Below are positions 26,121 through 39,300 of a DNA stretch of 64,000 bases, in pieces. Position 1 is the stretch's first letter. The number at the start of each line of letters is the position of its first letter. The translations under genes and the position numbers were made by a program. Under the pieces are notes generated by a model. That model searched no databases. It was not told where the DNA came from and saw nothing but the letters and a program-made list of their open reading frames with translations. This DNA comes from Auanema rhodensis (lineage: Eukaryota > Animalia > Nematoda), in contig OZ059899.1 of NCBI GenBank assembly GCA_964057225.1, positions 16,802,001-16,866,000 on the forward strand, read 5' to 3'.

Positions 26121-27743
26121 CATATTTTATTATTTCTTAATCTAAAGGTTCCTGATGACCACCAACCTGATTTATTTTCTTTCCTTAACCCCTTGTCGTG
26201 GCAAATTTGGTTGGCAATTCTTGCAGCCATCGGTAACAATTAAAAAAATTGTTTTGTTCGGAGCTAAGCTTTTCTATCTTATAGTTGGCGTCACATTAAC
26301 TATGTACACTGTGGCACGTGTAACTCCATATGAATGGAATTTGAATTTTTCTTGTTGTACTGCTCATCAGCCACATCCAGCAGCTGCGCTGGGACCAGCT
26401 GAAGCCCCGATAGAGTTATCCAATAATTACAGCTTCTGGAACACTTTATGGTATTATATTTAAAACAAGTATATACACAGACTTATTTTTTCTGGTATGT
26501 TACTTCTACAATGCTGAAGGGCGGATGTGATTTTGGACCTCGAGCCGTCTCTACTAGATTACTTGGAGGTAATATTTACATTCAAATCTTATAACACTTG
26601 TTTTATCCATTAGGAACGTGGTGGGTTTTTACACTTGTAATCATTAGTGCTTACACTGCAAACTTGGCTGCTGTTCTAACTGTATCAAGACCATTCATTC
26701 CTATTAAAAATTTGAACGATTTGGCAAACCAGAGTGCTATTTCATATGGAACTATTACTGGCGGAAGCACTATGCAATTTTTCCAAGTAAACTAAACTAT
26801 ATTAATTTGAAAAAACTAAAAAAACTTTTAAGGAATCGAGAATTTGGTCACATATCAGGATGTGGGAATATATGAAAGGAAAAGATGTTTTTGTTAAAAG
26901 TAATAAAGCAGGAGTGGAAAGAGTACTCAGGTTTTCATACAAGATTTATAATAAGGCTTTAATATGAATTTCCAGTTCTAATTATGCATACTTAATGGAA
27001 TCTACAAGCTTAGAGTATGAAGTTCAGCAAAATTGTAATTTAACTCAAATTGGTGGGGTCTTGGGCTCGAAAGGATATGGTATTGCCTTAGCAAAAAGTC
27101 TCAAATATCATCAAAATTCAGTCCTTACGTTAAGTTTTAGAGTCTGAATGGACTGATAGGATGTCCAATCAAATTTTATTATATGCTAAACGAGGAATAA
27201 TTGAAATGAAAAAAACAAAATGGTGGAGAAGCAAGTCAGTACTATATACTTATTAGTTTAATTCAAATAATTTGTTTATAGAGGTGCAACATGTACAGGC
27301 ACTGGTTCAGCTGTAAAACAACAAAGATTTTCATTATCCATGCATAATGTTGCTGGTTTATTCATAATATTAGCAATGGGCCTTATATTTGGATTGGTTA
27401 CTGTTTGTGTTGAACTTTTCATTCGAAGTCGAAAGTTTGCTTTGAAAGAAAATGTGAATATTACACTTCTAAAAATATATTTAAAGGTCCATTTATAGAA
27501 ATCAATATTACCAGAGCTGATTAACGAATTACGATTTGCATTAAATCTAAATCGAATTGAAGATCATCGATCAAGGAAAAAAAGTGAACGAGGTCCAGTC
27601 GGTGTTTTCTCACAGCCTGATTCATCCACAGGTGTAATTTGTTCTCTCTTAATATTCAAGCTTTGATTATAGGGCATCACGATGGTACATTACTAACAGC
27701 GAGTAAAAGAGAAATTCCTTCTATGACTTTGAGTCGATATTAA
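23787..27743 (+). CDS. Ionotropic glutamate receptor, non-NMDA type (GLR-6-like), multi-exon
   Basis: Signal peptide [13 protein letters not shown] and an ATD. S1 [35 protein letters not shown]3 [12 protein letters not shown]2 GGSTMQFFQ and [21 protein letters not shown]4 NVAGLFIIL. Confidence 0.92.
26084..26118. repeat. (TA)n microsatellite starting at a 5' splice site of the glutamate receptor gene
   Basis: AAG|gtatatatat... in intron 26083-26147. Confidence 0.85.
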
Positions 27744-27912
27744 AAATATTTAATAAAGAATTTATATTATTAAATATTGTTTAATAGTTATCGTCAATTT
27801 CTTTTAAAAAGAAAATGATTGTACTACTTTTGAAAATTATTTTTCATTAAATGAATAAACATTTTTTTATTTTTTACAGATGTTTTTTATTATTATTATA
27901 TAGAATTTATAA

Positions 27913-27915
<3 letters not shown>

Positions 27916-27943
<28 letters not shown>
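27916..27943. repeat. (AT)n microsatellite
   Basis: Dinucleotide run downstream of the glutamate receptor gene. Confidence 0.85.
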
Positions 27944-27946
<3 letters not shown>

Positions 27947-30453
27947 ATATATGGACATATCATTTCATTATTAATATGAATGATTCATTATAATATGATC
28001 AAATATCAATAATATTAAGTATTAATAATGATTTATATCTAATAACTGGTTTTTAAATCAATTGAAAATATTATAAATATTATATTTTCTCTTATAATTA
28101 TAATAATTATAATAAATAAAAATATTTTGTTTTCATTTATTTGTAAAATAAACACATACCTTCTTTAACTTTTGCTTATTGTGCTTTTGTTCAGATACTG
28201 TTAGTATGAATCTATCATTACTGCATCTAAACTTGGTCATTAAACCTCATCAAAAGCGATCATCCGAGAGCCTAAAAATTCAAAACATTTTAGATCAAAT
28301 ACCCGACTTTCCTATTCATTATTTAGTCATTATTCTGTTTGTTCGTCTGATGATCGTCAGTTTTCAGCTCTCACGCCTTTCCTTTATTTTCTTCTTCTAA
28401 TCAAGCAATGGTCGTGCAATTTGATCTCTTTTTTCAAAATGTTCGTCTTCTCTAACTGAGAATTTTCCACTTTGCCCTCTTTCGCTTATTAACATACTTT
28501 CTCATACTTACACACCTTTTTCTTGCTTGCTTTACTATCTGATTCTTGCTCACTACATCGTTATCGACAATGGTATTCAGCACCATCGGTCATCACCGCA
28601 CCCCCACGCTGTCATAGTATATTTTTGATGAATAGACGATGCTCTGTAGCTTCCTGTTCTTGCTAATTCTAATTGTTCAATGTTTTACTATTTAGAAGTG
28701 CTTCACATCTAATGATTTTGACCCTTTTTAAATTTTTTAAAAACAATTATTTTTTTGTATTCAAAACTTTTATATGCGCATTTGAACTCACTTGTTGATT
28801 TTGAATTTTCCGCTCCTGTATGATAGATTTATATTCGTACTCTTCTAATCTTTATAGCTTATTCACAAATTTATGGTTCTACTTCCCTGCTTTATCAAGT
28901 GATGTTAACAGTTAAGGAGTAGATTGGCCAAATGTGGAAATCAAGCTTTGACCGATCAAATTGAGCAATGAGCCGTACGAAAGCACCCTTGTTATCGACT
29001 TTTTAGCTATGATCCATTTCTTTACAAGCATTTATAGCCCATGCACATTTTAGCAAAGAAAAGAAAGATTTCGCTGAATACAAAAATAATCATAGAAATA
29101 GGGGAGAGAAATGTGTGGATACAAGAGAGAATATTAGAAAAATTCCAATGGAAATATACATTAAGCGTGAATTTCCGTTAAATTTGGATACTTCTACTGT
29201 ATGAAATATAATGTTTACGTAGTTTTATAGCTAAAGCAAACTATCTAATAAGCCGGTTCCATTTTTATTTGGAAGATATTTTGCAGATAAAGATGTGAAA
29301 TTTAAAAAATAACCGAGAGATGCCACTCTTAAGTTAAGTGACAGTAACATCATAACAAATGTAGAAACTGGTCTGTCATGTTATACTAAGGCACTTTTTT
29401 TTTCAAAGAAAGAAATTAACATTGAAAAAAATGTACTAATATCAACGAATGGAACTTCTATACAAATAAATTTATATTTTTTTTTATTCTAATCTGTTTA
29501 TCAGTTTTCACGAAATATGTCTAATGTTCTCATGGCTTCTGAAGTGAAAATTGATAACATACTTATGAGTTAACAGTGTTTTGCAATTCATTTGTGATGA
29601 ATTGGTTAGAAATAGCAAAGAACTGAAGGTTTGTGTCTATACCGTTAGTAGATAGCAGCTATTTCCATCGAATTTCTCATTAATTTTCATTGTTTTTATT
29701 TATATTATTACATCATGTTGATAATAGTTTGTTGAGTTCTTTCAGACTACTGTACTTCATGATACCATCTAGAAACTTTGTAATATCATAAATTAGATAT
29801 GATGAGCTGATAGGTTATTATATTCTTTCAAAACTATATATTTGATGTGTGTGTATTCTTTTTCTTTTCTCTTTGTTTATTTTTCATTTAATTTTTTTTT
29901 CTTCTGAATATTATTTTGATCTTCACTATATTTTCAAAGTATTACAAAACTGCTGTCTACTTTCAGTCACCTCCTTTTTTTTTAACTTTTTCAACAAAAA
30001 AAAATTATTTTATAAACTTTATAAAATTCTTTCTTCTCATTTTTTAAAAAATTTATAATTATTTTATATTTAATACATTAATTTTATAAATATTCATCAA
30101 CAACAAATATTATTTTTAAAGATTAGATCAACTTCCTTCTGAAAAGTATGCTATTATAAGGTTCATGTTTCATAATTAATATTAATATTATCTTTTTGTC
30201 TTCTTATTTCTACTGAACTTCTTGTTATTATTATAAAATTCTCTTTTTACTACTTTGTTTTTCAAAAGCTTTTTCACGCTCTTCATCAAAAACTGTATTG
30301 ATTCATATTATGTTTAGTTATGAACTTGAATCAGAAACTTAAATCTTATTTCTATCAGAATCTAAATTCTTCAACACATATATATAAATATATATATGTG
30401 TATATATAGTATATATATATATATAATATATATATTATATATATACATATATA

Positions 30454-33400
30454 ATGAGCGTCGCTCCGGTCTCAAGTACACCAACACAGTTCGATTATAT
30501 GGATAAGCATTCGTGAGTTTAATTTGTTTGTGTTTTATTGATATAACACAAACACTTTTCTTGAAAAACAAAGAAAAAGTTTAGATATCCAAACGTGACA
30601 AAGGAAGGATCAGAAATAAGTTTGGATGTAGCTGATTTGCCTAAGGTAAGTAATACTTCTTCAACCATTTCTTGTTATTCAATACATTGAAGCAAAAAAC
30701 AAATATTGTAACATTTTCTGTGGAAGAAGATCCTTCAAGTGGTATAAGAAAACCTTTAAAGTGAGTTACAATATCAATAATATTCCAAATTTCTCAATTA
30801 TTGTAGTGATAGAACAGATGGCAATGATTCATTTTCAAACTTTGGTAAAAGATTCACGAAACGAGCATCACAAATTATATTAGAAGTGCCTGTAGCCAAA
30901 TTAAGAAAGCTCAATGAAACTGAAGGAGTTAGTAGTTGGCGTCGGGAAACAAAGCATTTTGCAGGTAAATTATTTCAATGAATCATAATATTAATATAAA
31001 TATATGTGAAGCGTTCTTCTACTATTTAACAAATAGATCTTTAGATAATACTACTTTACATGGACCTAAAAGAGTCTTTTATGGAAAAGGCAAATCAACT
31101 ATTTTTTGGGCTGGCTGTTGTCTGTTTTCTGTAACCTTTTTCATTTATCAAGTTGTAGTTTTATTAATTATGTATTTCAATACACCTACAGTATCTCAAG
31201 TAAGCTATTTTCAACTGAGATCATACTTTGAACATTGATTTTAAGGTATCATTTATAATAAATGATAATGGTTTGGCTTTTCCTCTTACTACTATTTGTA
31301 ATTTCAATCCTTTAAAAAAAACATATATTAAAGGTTTTTAATTAAAAATATAGTTTCTTTAATTTATATTTTTCTTACAGAATTAAATAAAACAGGAGAT
31401 TTCTCAGATGCCTTACTAGATTATATCATGTTAACTAATGAAGATGTACAAGTTTTATATGGAAATGTTGATCGAGCTCAATTGCAGTTGGGTAATTAAT
31501 AATAAAAAATATATTTTTATAAATATTTAATTTAGGTGATGGAGAATTAAACTTGTATCAGCAGAGGCATCAAAATTTTAGTACAGAGGGATTCTATCGT
31601 GATGCTGGGTAATCATAATATCAAAATTTAAAATAATTCCTTTTTACTTTAGATTTCAATGTGAAGAAATTGTGAAAATATGTACATTTGGTGGTCGACA
31701 GTTTGATTGTTGTAAATATATGTCATCAGTTCTCACAAATATGGGAAAATGTTATACACTTAATCTACAGGTAATTCAACAATCTAGATTAAACATTTTC
31801 TTGTTCAATTTTTGAAATAGTTTTTTTCTGATAATATAAAATATTTTACGTGCTTCAGAATTCTGGTCAAGAATGGTTAGAAAAGCAAACAACAGCCGGT
31901 GTTAATGCTGGGTAAGATGTTTTTTTCGGTAAAAAGTCTAAAGTCTATATGATAAAATAAAAACAAAAAATAAACTGTTAAACTTAGGTTGGAAATTATA
32001 CTCGATACTCATTTGGAGGAACAGTTTGATGGGACGGAAGGTATCTTATATGACTTTCAATCTAATAACATCCTTATTAAACAGAATTGGAATCCGAACC
32101 TATATTTTATAGTAATTATGAAAATGGATATCGATTCTACGTTCATCCCATAAATACTATTCCATATTTATCATCTGAAGGTATATCTGTATCACCTTCT
32201 GTAAGAGTATATTCCGCAATAATAGCAGAAAAGGTATTTGAAATATATTATAGATATATACAAATATTTCTATAAAAATACTAAGAAGTATATATATATA
32301 TAAATATTTAGTATGTTTTATTACCTTCGGATCATTGGGGTAATTGTACAGAACAATGGCCTCTTGGATATAATACCCATTTACCATATACTTCTGATAA
32401 TTGTGCTTCTTTATGTAAAGCTCAATTTTTTCACAACAAATGTGGATGTAGTCCATTTACATTTAATATTGATAATTGTAATGTTTCTATGTATTTCTCA
32501 AACTTATTCTGATTCTTTTTATAGCATTTCCTGTCTGTACTCCATATAAAACAAGTATTTGCATCGATAAGTATGTTCGAATAAGTATAAATGGTAAGTT
32601 TTTTTAATCTTTTCTTAAAAAAAAACATTATTGAAGGTACGGATTATTATCGGATGCCTAAATGTAATGAATGTAAAATGGAGTGTGAAAGAACAGTTTA
32701 TCATGCTTTCAATTCTTATGGACATGGCTTTAGCAATGGAGCCTTGAAGTGGTTAAGTAGCAAGCACCCCGATTGGAGCATACCTCATATCAAGTAATAA
32801 TTCTTCAACCTCACATAACCCACAATATTCGTTTTAGGAGCAATTTTTTGACGATCAACGTTTTCTTCCGTGATATGGGACACACAGAATATACTCAGGT
32901 TCAAGCTACTTCTTTGACAGAAACTCTCAGTACGTTGATATTGATATATTTGAACTATACAGATTCTATATTATCATAAATATTAAAATTATAGGTGAAA
33001 TTGGTGGTAACATGGGTATGTTCATGGGAATGAGTTTAATAACTGTTATGGAAGTTTCATTATATTTATCTAAAGTTAGCTGGATAATTATTTCAAAAAG
33101 AAGGAGGGATTATATGTATCAGAAAAAGAAAAAGGAAGAGGTTATACTTTAAATCTGAATGTACCCTGAATATCTTCAATATTAAAGGAAAGGCAGAAAC
33201 AGTTAGAAGAAACAGTATCGGAGTTTCGAAATTTTCGTTCTAGAAAACCGTCCGGTGAATCATTCCGGAGAACTCGTGATGTTATTCGAGATATTAGGAG
33301 GAAAATTAGTAATAGCATATCAGATCGAAAACGAACTACAAGCTGGTCGAAACGAGTAGTTAATTCTCTTTGTGTTTTTGGTAACAATTTATCTTTAGAA

Positions 33401-34010
33401 ATCAACAACTTCCGTCTCTTCCATTGAGCAACGTGAAGCTGATATGGATGTTCAGAGACGAACATTTATGGATAATCGATCGGACTTTGTAAGCTACAAT
33501 TCTCTATTCATATAATATTTTATTCAAATTCAGAATATGTATGATGATGTTCGAAGCTCTCAAGACAGCTCCCAATCTGTGGTATTTATTATGAAAATAT
33601 ATAATAGATACTTATCATCTCAACTAGTTTTAAATTTCTAAAATTTCAATTTAAGAACTTATTCGAATAACAAATGTTTTTGATTTTTCCAAAGCTAGTT
33701 GCTCAAGAAAAAACAAACAATAAGCTATACAATTATTTATAATATACATATAATTAATATTTATTATATATATTTTTGATTTAGATGCAATTTCAAGTTA
33801 ATGTCGAAGACTTATGTCGAAGTTTGAATGAAACAAATATACCAATCAATGTTAATGGTTTGAAAAATATTCTTTTCTAAAGTCATAATGTTTATATTTC
33901 TAGATATACGTAGACGTTCTCATACAGTTCCTTCAACACCAACGTTTTATTTGGGTACAAATGAAGATAGAGTGAATGGTATAAAACATGCTCCATCATT
34001 GAAATTTTAA
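30454..34010 (+). CDS. DEG/ENaC channel, ACD-1/DELM-like, multi-exon
   Basis: ILEVPVAKLRKLNETEGVSS..HFADNTTLHGPKRVFYGKG (HG motif), FPLTTICNFNP, FGGRQFDCCKY..GKCYTLNLQ, CKMECERTVY, TM2 SEIGGNMGMFMGMSLITVME. The start and last exons are less certain. Confidence 0.9.
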
Positions 34011-34180
34011 CAAATTCAATGTATAATTGTTTCTTTTTTTGGTTAAAATAATTGTGCAAAAAATAAAGTTTTCGATCAGTTTTAGCTTCAGATTTTATTT
34101 TTCCATTTGATTGTTTTCTGATTAGGTGTAGAGAAAAATAAAAAGATACATTATACATACATATAATATATCCGTTCTTC

Positions 34181-34183
<3 letters not shown>

Positions 34184-34221
<38 letters not shown>

Positions 34222-34235
34222 CCTCTCTCTCTCTC
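34184..34235. repeat. (CT)n microsatellite
   Basis: Long TC dinucleotide run with one interruption. Confidence 0.9.
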
Positions 34236-36349
34236 TTACTTCTTTTCAGTCACCTGGAGTTTTCCAGAGAGAATTGTTATACGCCAGATAACCTTCTATC
34301 ACCTGGTATTGCTGTCTTTTCATCATCTCAGTCTTTTCTTCTGTTCTCCGTTTTTCTCGACCCCATTCCAGCATTTTCCTTACTCTCCTAATGATTTGCA
34401 TAGACTTTATTACGATATATTAAATATAATACTGAACCATTACCACAATTATAAAAATATTCTTATTGTTTTCTTTATTCTTTTTTATTTTTTTATTATA
34501 TATTATATATTTATTTTCATTTTTTACATGAAATAACTATTATAAAATTTATAAAGGAAAGTATATTCAACTTTGCAATAATTCAAATATTTTTAAAAAA
34601 ATATTTTAATTAACTCAAGTGAAACGTAAATATACTTGAAGATCTATGGCTTTATATTAGAAGATTCAAAATATATTTGTGTTATAAGATCCAAAATATT
34701 TTGCTTATTTCTCGAAAAGCTGACTTAATTTGATGCGACAAGAAGACAACGAGGCCAAGTGCAGTAGCCCAATAACCTATGGTCGAGCAAACAGTCAGTT
34801 ACTTCATGAAATAGCATACAAAATGAAGAGGGTTCTTAATGTTTGTATTAAGAGAGACGAAAAGAGAGGATGAAATAGAAAGAAAGAAAACAAGAAGATG
34901 AAGCAAATGCGAGGAAGAGAGAGCTGCAAAAGAGACAGAAGAATCGGAGAAAAATCTGCTCAAACTCTTAGGCTCTTGTGCTTATTCTACAATGCTGTCT
35001 ATGACAGTCTAAATTCTTCTTTGTCTTCGCTTCTAGACAGCAATTTTCTCATCGTCTGAGAGAATTATATTATAGTTCTATAATAATTTTTATATATTTT
35101 TTGCTATTTGTATGAAATAATAACGATGTAGTGATAGTATAGAACCGGATGTTCAAATATAATTACTATTTCGATGTTACTACTATTAGAACATAATGCA
35201 TTATTTAGAAGGGCTAACCAAATATCCATTGATTTTCATATTATATTTAACATTTTTGTATGATTATACTTATATATAAGTATTCATACAATATTTTATT
35301 CCAAATATTATTTACAGTGTATTTTCTCAATTTTCATTTTAATTAAACTAATTTATTAGATTTATAGCTGAAAATTATAATGTTTTTGGATTATTATATA
35401 AAACTATTGGTTATCAGTATCTCTTTCCTCATTTATAATTATATATTTCTTTGTATATTTGAAGCTTTTCTAGTTTATTAGAAACTATTCTCTAATTCTC
35501 ATTTCTACCAAGTTTACATTAGAAAAGTTACCATCGAATTCATAAACATTTCACTTCAATAATAAATATAAACTAATTTTCTTTTTCTTAATTATTAATA
35601 TTTCATTTTTCTCTCTCTCTTCTAATGTTTTCTTGTCTCTATTGAGCAGTTATCGATAATAATCAACTGCTTTTCTCTTTTTCATATTATAGGATTTGAT
35701 TTTATACACATTTCTCGTGTTTTATCAAGCTACTTCATACATTCATTCATTCATTTGTATGCATATAAGTCACCAAAGTGTCTTTCTCATGTTACTATTC
35801 AAAATATTATTTTTAAATTGTTTATCATATAATGTTTTTCTTAACTAATATTTAAACATTACTTCCAATCTTTTTCAATCAAAATTCTTTTGTTCTTCAA
35901 CTAACTTTACTTTGGAACTTTCAAATCATTGAAAAATATTTTCATTCATCTAGTAATAAGTTATCTTTGTTACATATCTTCATATTGAAAAAGTAGGCCA
36001 TCTGCTGTATAAATCTATTGACAGGGGGTTTTAACGTATTATACGTGCACATCAACTGTATTTTTTCCTTTATAACATAATCTAAAAATAATTTGTATTT
36101 CAATTAAATTTCAATCTTTTTTGTTTTTTTTTTATAATATATTGATAATCATTATTGATTATATAAATATATTTTTCAACTGAATGAAATATATTTATAT
36201 TTCTTATTGATTTTTATTCTTAATCTACATATATGTTTATTACCTATTGAATATTTACTTATTATTTTATTATTAATAAGAAGATTTTTCTTACTTTTCT
36301 TCTTATTGTCTTCGGCATTATTTTATCATTCAGCGTAATAGAACCTAAT

Positions 36350-39300
36350 ATGGTGTCTCTGTGTAATCGATTCGAAGCAAATTGTTTTAACAAAGGAAAA
36401 TGTAAGAATTGTTATAAATCCAAGGATCAACACAGTGCTGAATGTCTTCAAAAAGCAAAGGTAAGCTAAATATTTTGATTACATTATACAAATTGCTCTA
36501 ATATTTTTATTTTTATTCAATACTGACCACTTCAATGTTTCTAAATAATTTTATTCTTTCTATACGAACAATCTATTTTTTGAATATTCAAAATACATTT
36601 TAATACTTGGATTTGAAATAGTCCTCAAGTTTCGATAGTTTTCCAAGGCAAATATTAAACGAAAAGGAGGATGATTGTGTAAAATCCATGACCTCATTTC
36701 GTCTTCACCTTTCGGTTTCTGACAAGAAACCTGTCACTACTGTGTTCTTATTTCATTCTTGTCTTATATACATACATAAATACATATACATATGTATTAT
36801 CGTAATGTTATTTATACAAATATTTTCTAATTTTAAAAATAATTTAATATTTCTTTTAATAAATCTTATTTATACCTCAATTTATATTTTATTTTACATT
36901 CAATGAATATATGTATATGTATATATGCATATAAAGAAATATTTGTAATATATTTCACGAATATTGATTTTGAATCATACGTGAAATGGTGCAGATTATA
37001 CATTTTTTTTCATTGATTCTTCCATATATAATACTTTAAAAAACTTGAAATTCATTATTCATGTCGAATATAAACGAATATATATATACATATCCATATA
37101 TGTATATGTATTTAAGTTTGAGCGTTTTTTTACAAATAACTTAAGAATAAGTTATAATTAATTGAATTTTTTATAATATATGATAATAAATATATATTAT
37201 TTCTTGTTAATATTCTTATATTTATACCTTTTTCTCTGACTATCAACACACAAATATCAATTATATTGGTTGAGAGGCATATCTCTCAATCCACTATTCT
37301 GACCGTCAATCATTTAAGAGAGAAGAAACATGTCAATAGTATTTCACATATAGAACAATCGTAATACAATTAAATTTCTAATATTTCTTTCTCTTCTCCT
37401 GTATTTTGAATGTGCATATGATTTAGATGAACCGTAAGGTTAAAGCTTGTGGTTTCTTATATGTAGCACCACCTAACTTGGATTTCTCTTTGCAATCTCA
37501 TACAGCAAAGGTAAAACTTCAAATTATTCTGCACTATCATTCTGATTTAAGAGATGGCAACGCCGATGGTTTACGCTTTTTGATTCAGGAGAGTTAACTT
37601 ATGCTCTAGATAATAATGTGAGTCATACACTCAGTTCATTTTGAATTCATCGTTTTTACACATTTTAGCCCGAAACCGTTCCTCAATTCACTATTGACAT
37701 GACCAGGTGTCATAGAGTATGTGAAGCCGGTTCCATCACTGGTATGAATTCAATACTAGTATGAAGGAGAAAATTAATTTTCTAGGAAATTCATATTCTA
37801 TTTTGATGGCATTTATGCATGATGATAGGAATACAAATCAACCTGCTATTGTATATGTTAAAGCAGATTCAACTGATGAAATCAGAAGGTAAATCAATAT
37901 TTTGAATGAAAATTAATCTTCATTATATTCAGCTGGCAAAATTTATTAAATGCATTTGCGAAACAAAATACAATTCATGTTCGTCCTCGTCAACATATGG
38001 AAGAGAAATATGAAACTGTTAGTCTACGTTCCTTAAAGTTGTTACATTTTATTTTTATTTTTTAGTTCTCTTCATCAGAACCTGAGAATGAATTAGAAAC
38101 AATTTTATCACCTGCTTCATCTTCTCGATCCTCGTCAATTGATCGAGTTGAAACAGAACGAGAGCCAAGGGATTTACATGGTACTCCACGAAGTGTTAAG
38201 CAAAGAAGAAACACTAAGTAACTAAACAACGTAGGAATACAAAGATAAAACTTTTTTTCAGAGATGATATTAGTAAGAAAGGAGTTAGTAGTACAACAGG
38301 TGTTGCAGTTGTCTCTTCTTCTTCTTCTTCAATAATCAAATGTCAAAGGTATGTTACTGTCTTCTACAACTATATTTCTGAATTTTGAGCCCACCATCAT
38401 CATCTATTGGCAGAATAGATGTAACAACACTCAATACAGGCCCTTGTGAACTTGCTTCTACCAATGTATCATCATGCAACGTACAAGTAAACAACAAATT
38501 TTTTTTAAACGTTCATTGTTTTGTTGAAGCCTTTTCATATTGATACATCTATCGCACATACATTGAGAAAGGGATGGTTGATGTTACGTGGGAAAAGCGA
38601 CAATGAATGGAGTAAACATTGGGTTGTATTAGCTGGGTTATCTCTTAAACTATATAAGTAATCTTAAAATGTATCATTCAATCTTATTTTCAAAAACATT
38701 TCAGAGATGTATGGGATGAGGATTCAATTGAACCGTTGATATCAATTGACTTATCTGAATGTGAAAATGTTTATCCTTCAGCATCCGCCAAAAATTATGG
38801 AATCGAAATCAAAGTAAAACCTCAACACTGCTTTCATTTTTTTAAATTTAACTCAAAAACTTCTTCCTACTATAGAGAAAATAAATGTTTTAGTGTCGTC
38901 GTACCCGATATGTATTGTCTGCGATGACACCAGGTATTCGGGACAGCTGGATTGCGGCTCTGCAACAAAATCGGTATGGCTTGGTGTTTCAGTTTTTGAG
39001 TTCAACAGAACACATTTCAGAAACAATCCATCTCCTACTTATGTGGATACATGTCAATCAAACGAAACAATTAGTTTAGTGGATAGTTCGGATATTCTTG
39101 GAATGCCAGTGGTTTTTCTATTCGAAACTGCCCATGTTTATGCTCGTTTTTCAGAGAAAAAAGCGAATTGCCTATGTTGCACCAGAGTCACATCATTCAA
39201 ATTCAATGATGGATGAAGAATCATCAACAGAAGACGAAGGACTTAATCGAGAACGCGAACGAAGAAGAAACAGAAGTAAACATCTGAGGTTAGTTAATAC

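Noticed and set aside
34733-34960. Short ORF MRQEDNEAKC.. and purine-rich tract
   Set aside because: Under 50 codons and low complexity; more likely GA-rich upstream regulatory DNA.
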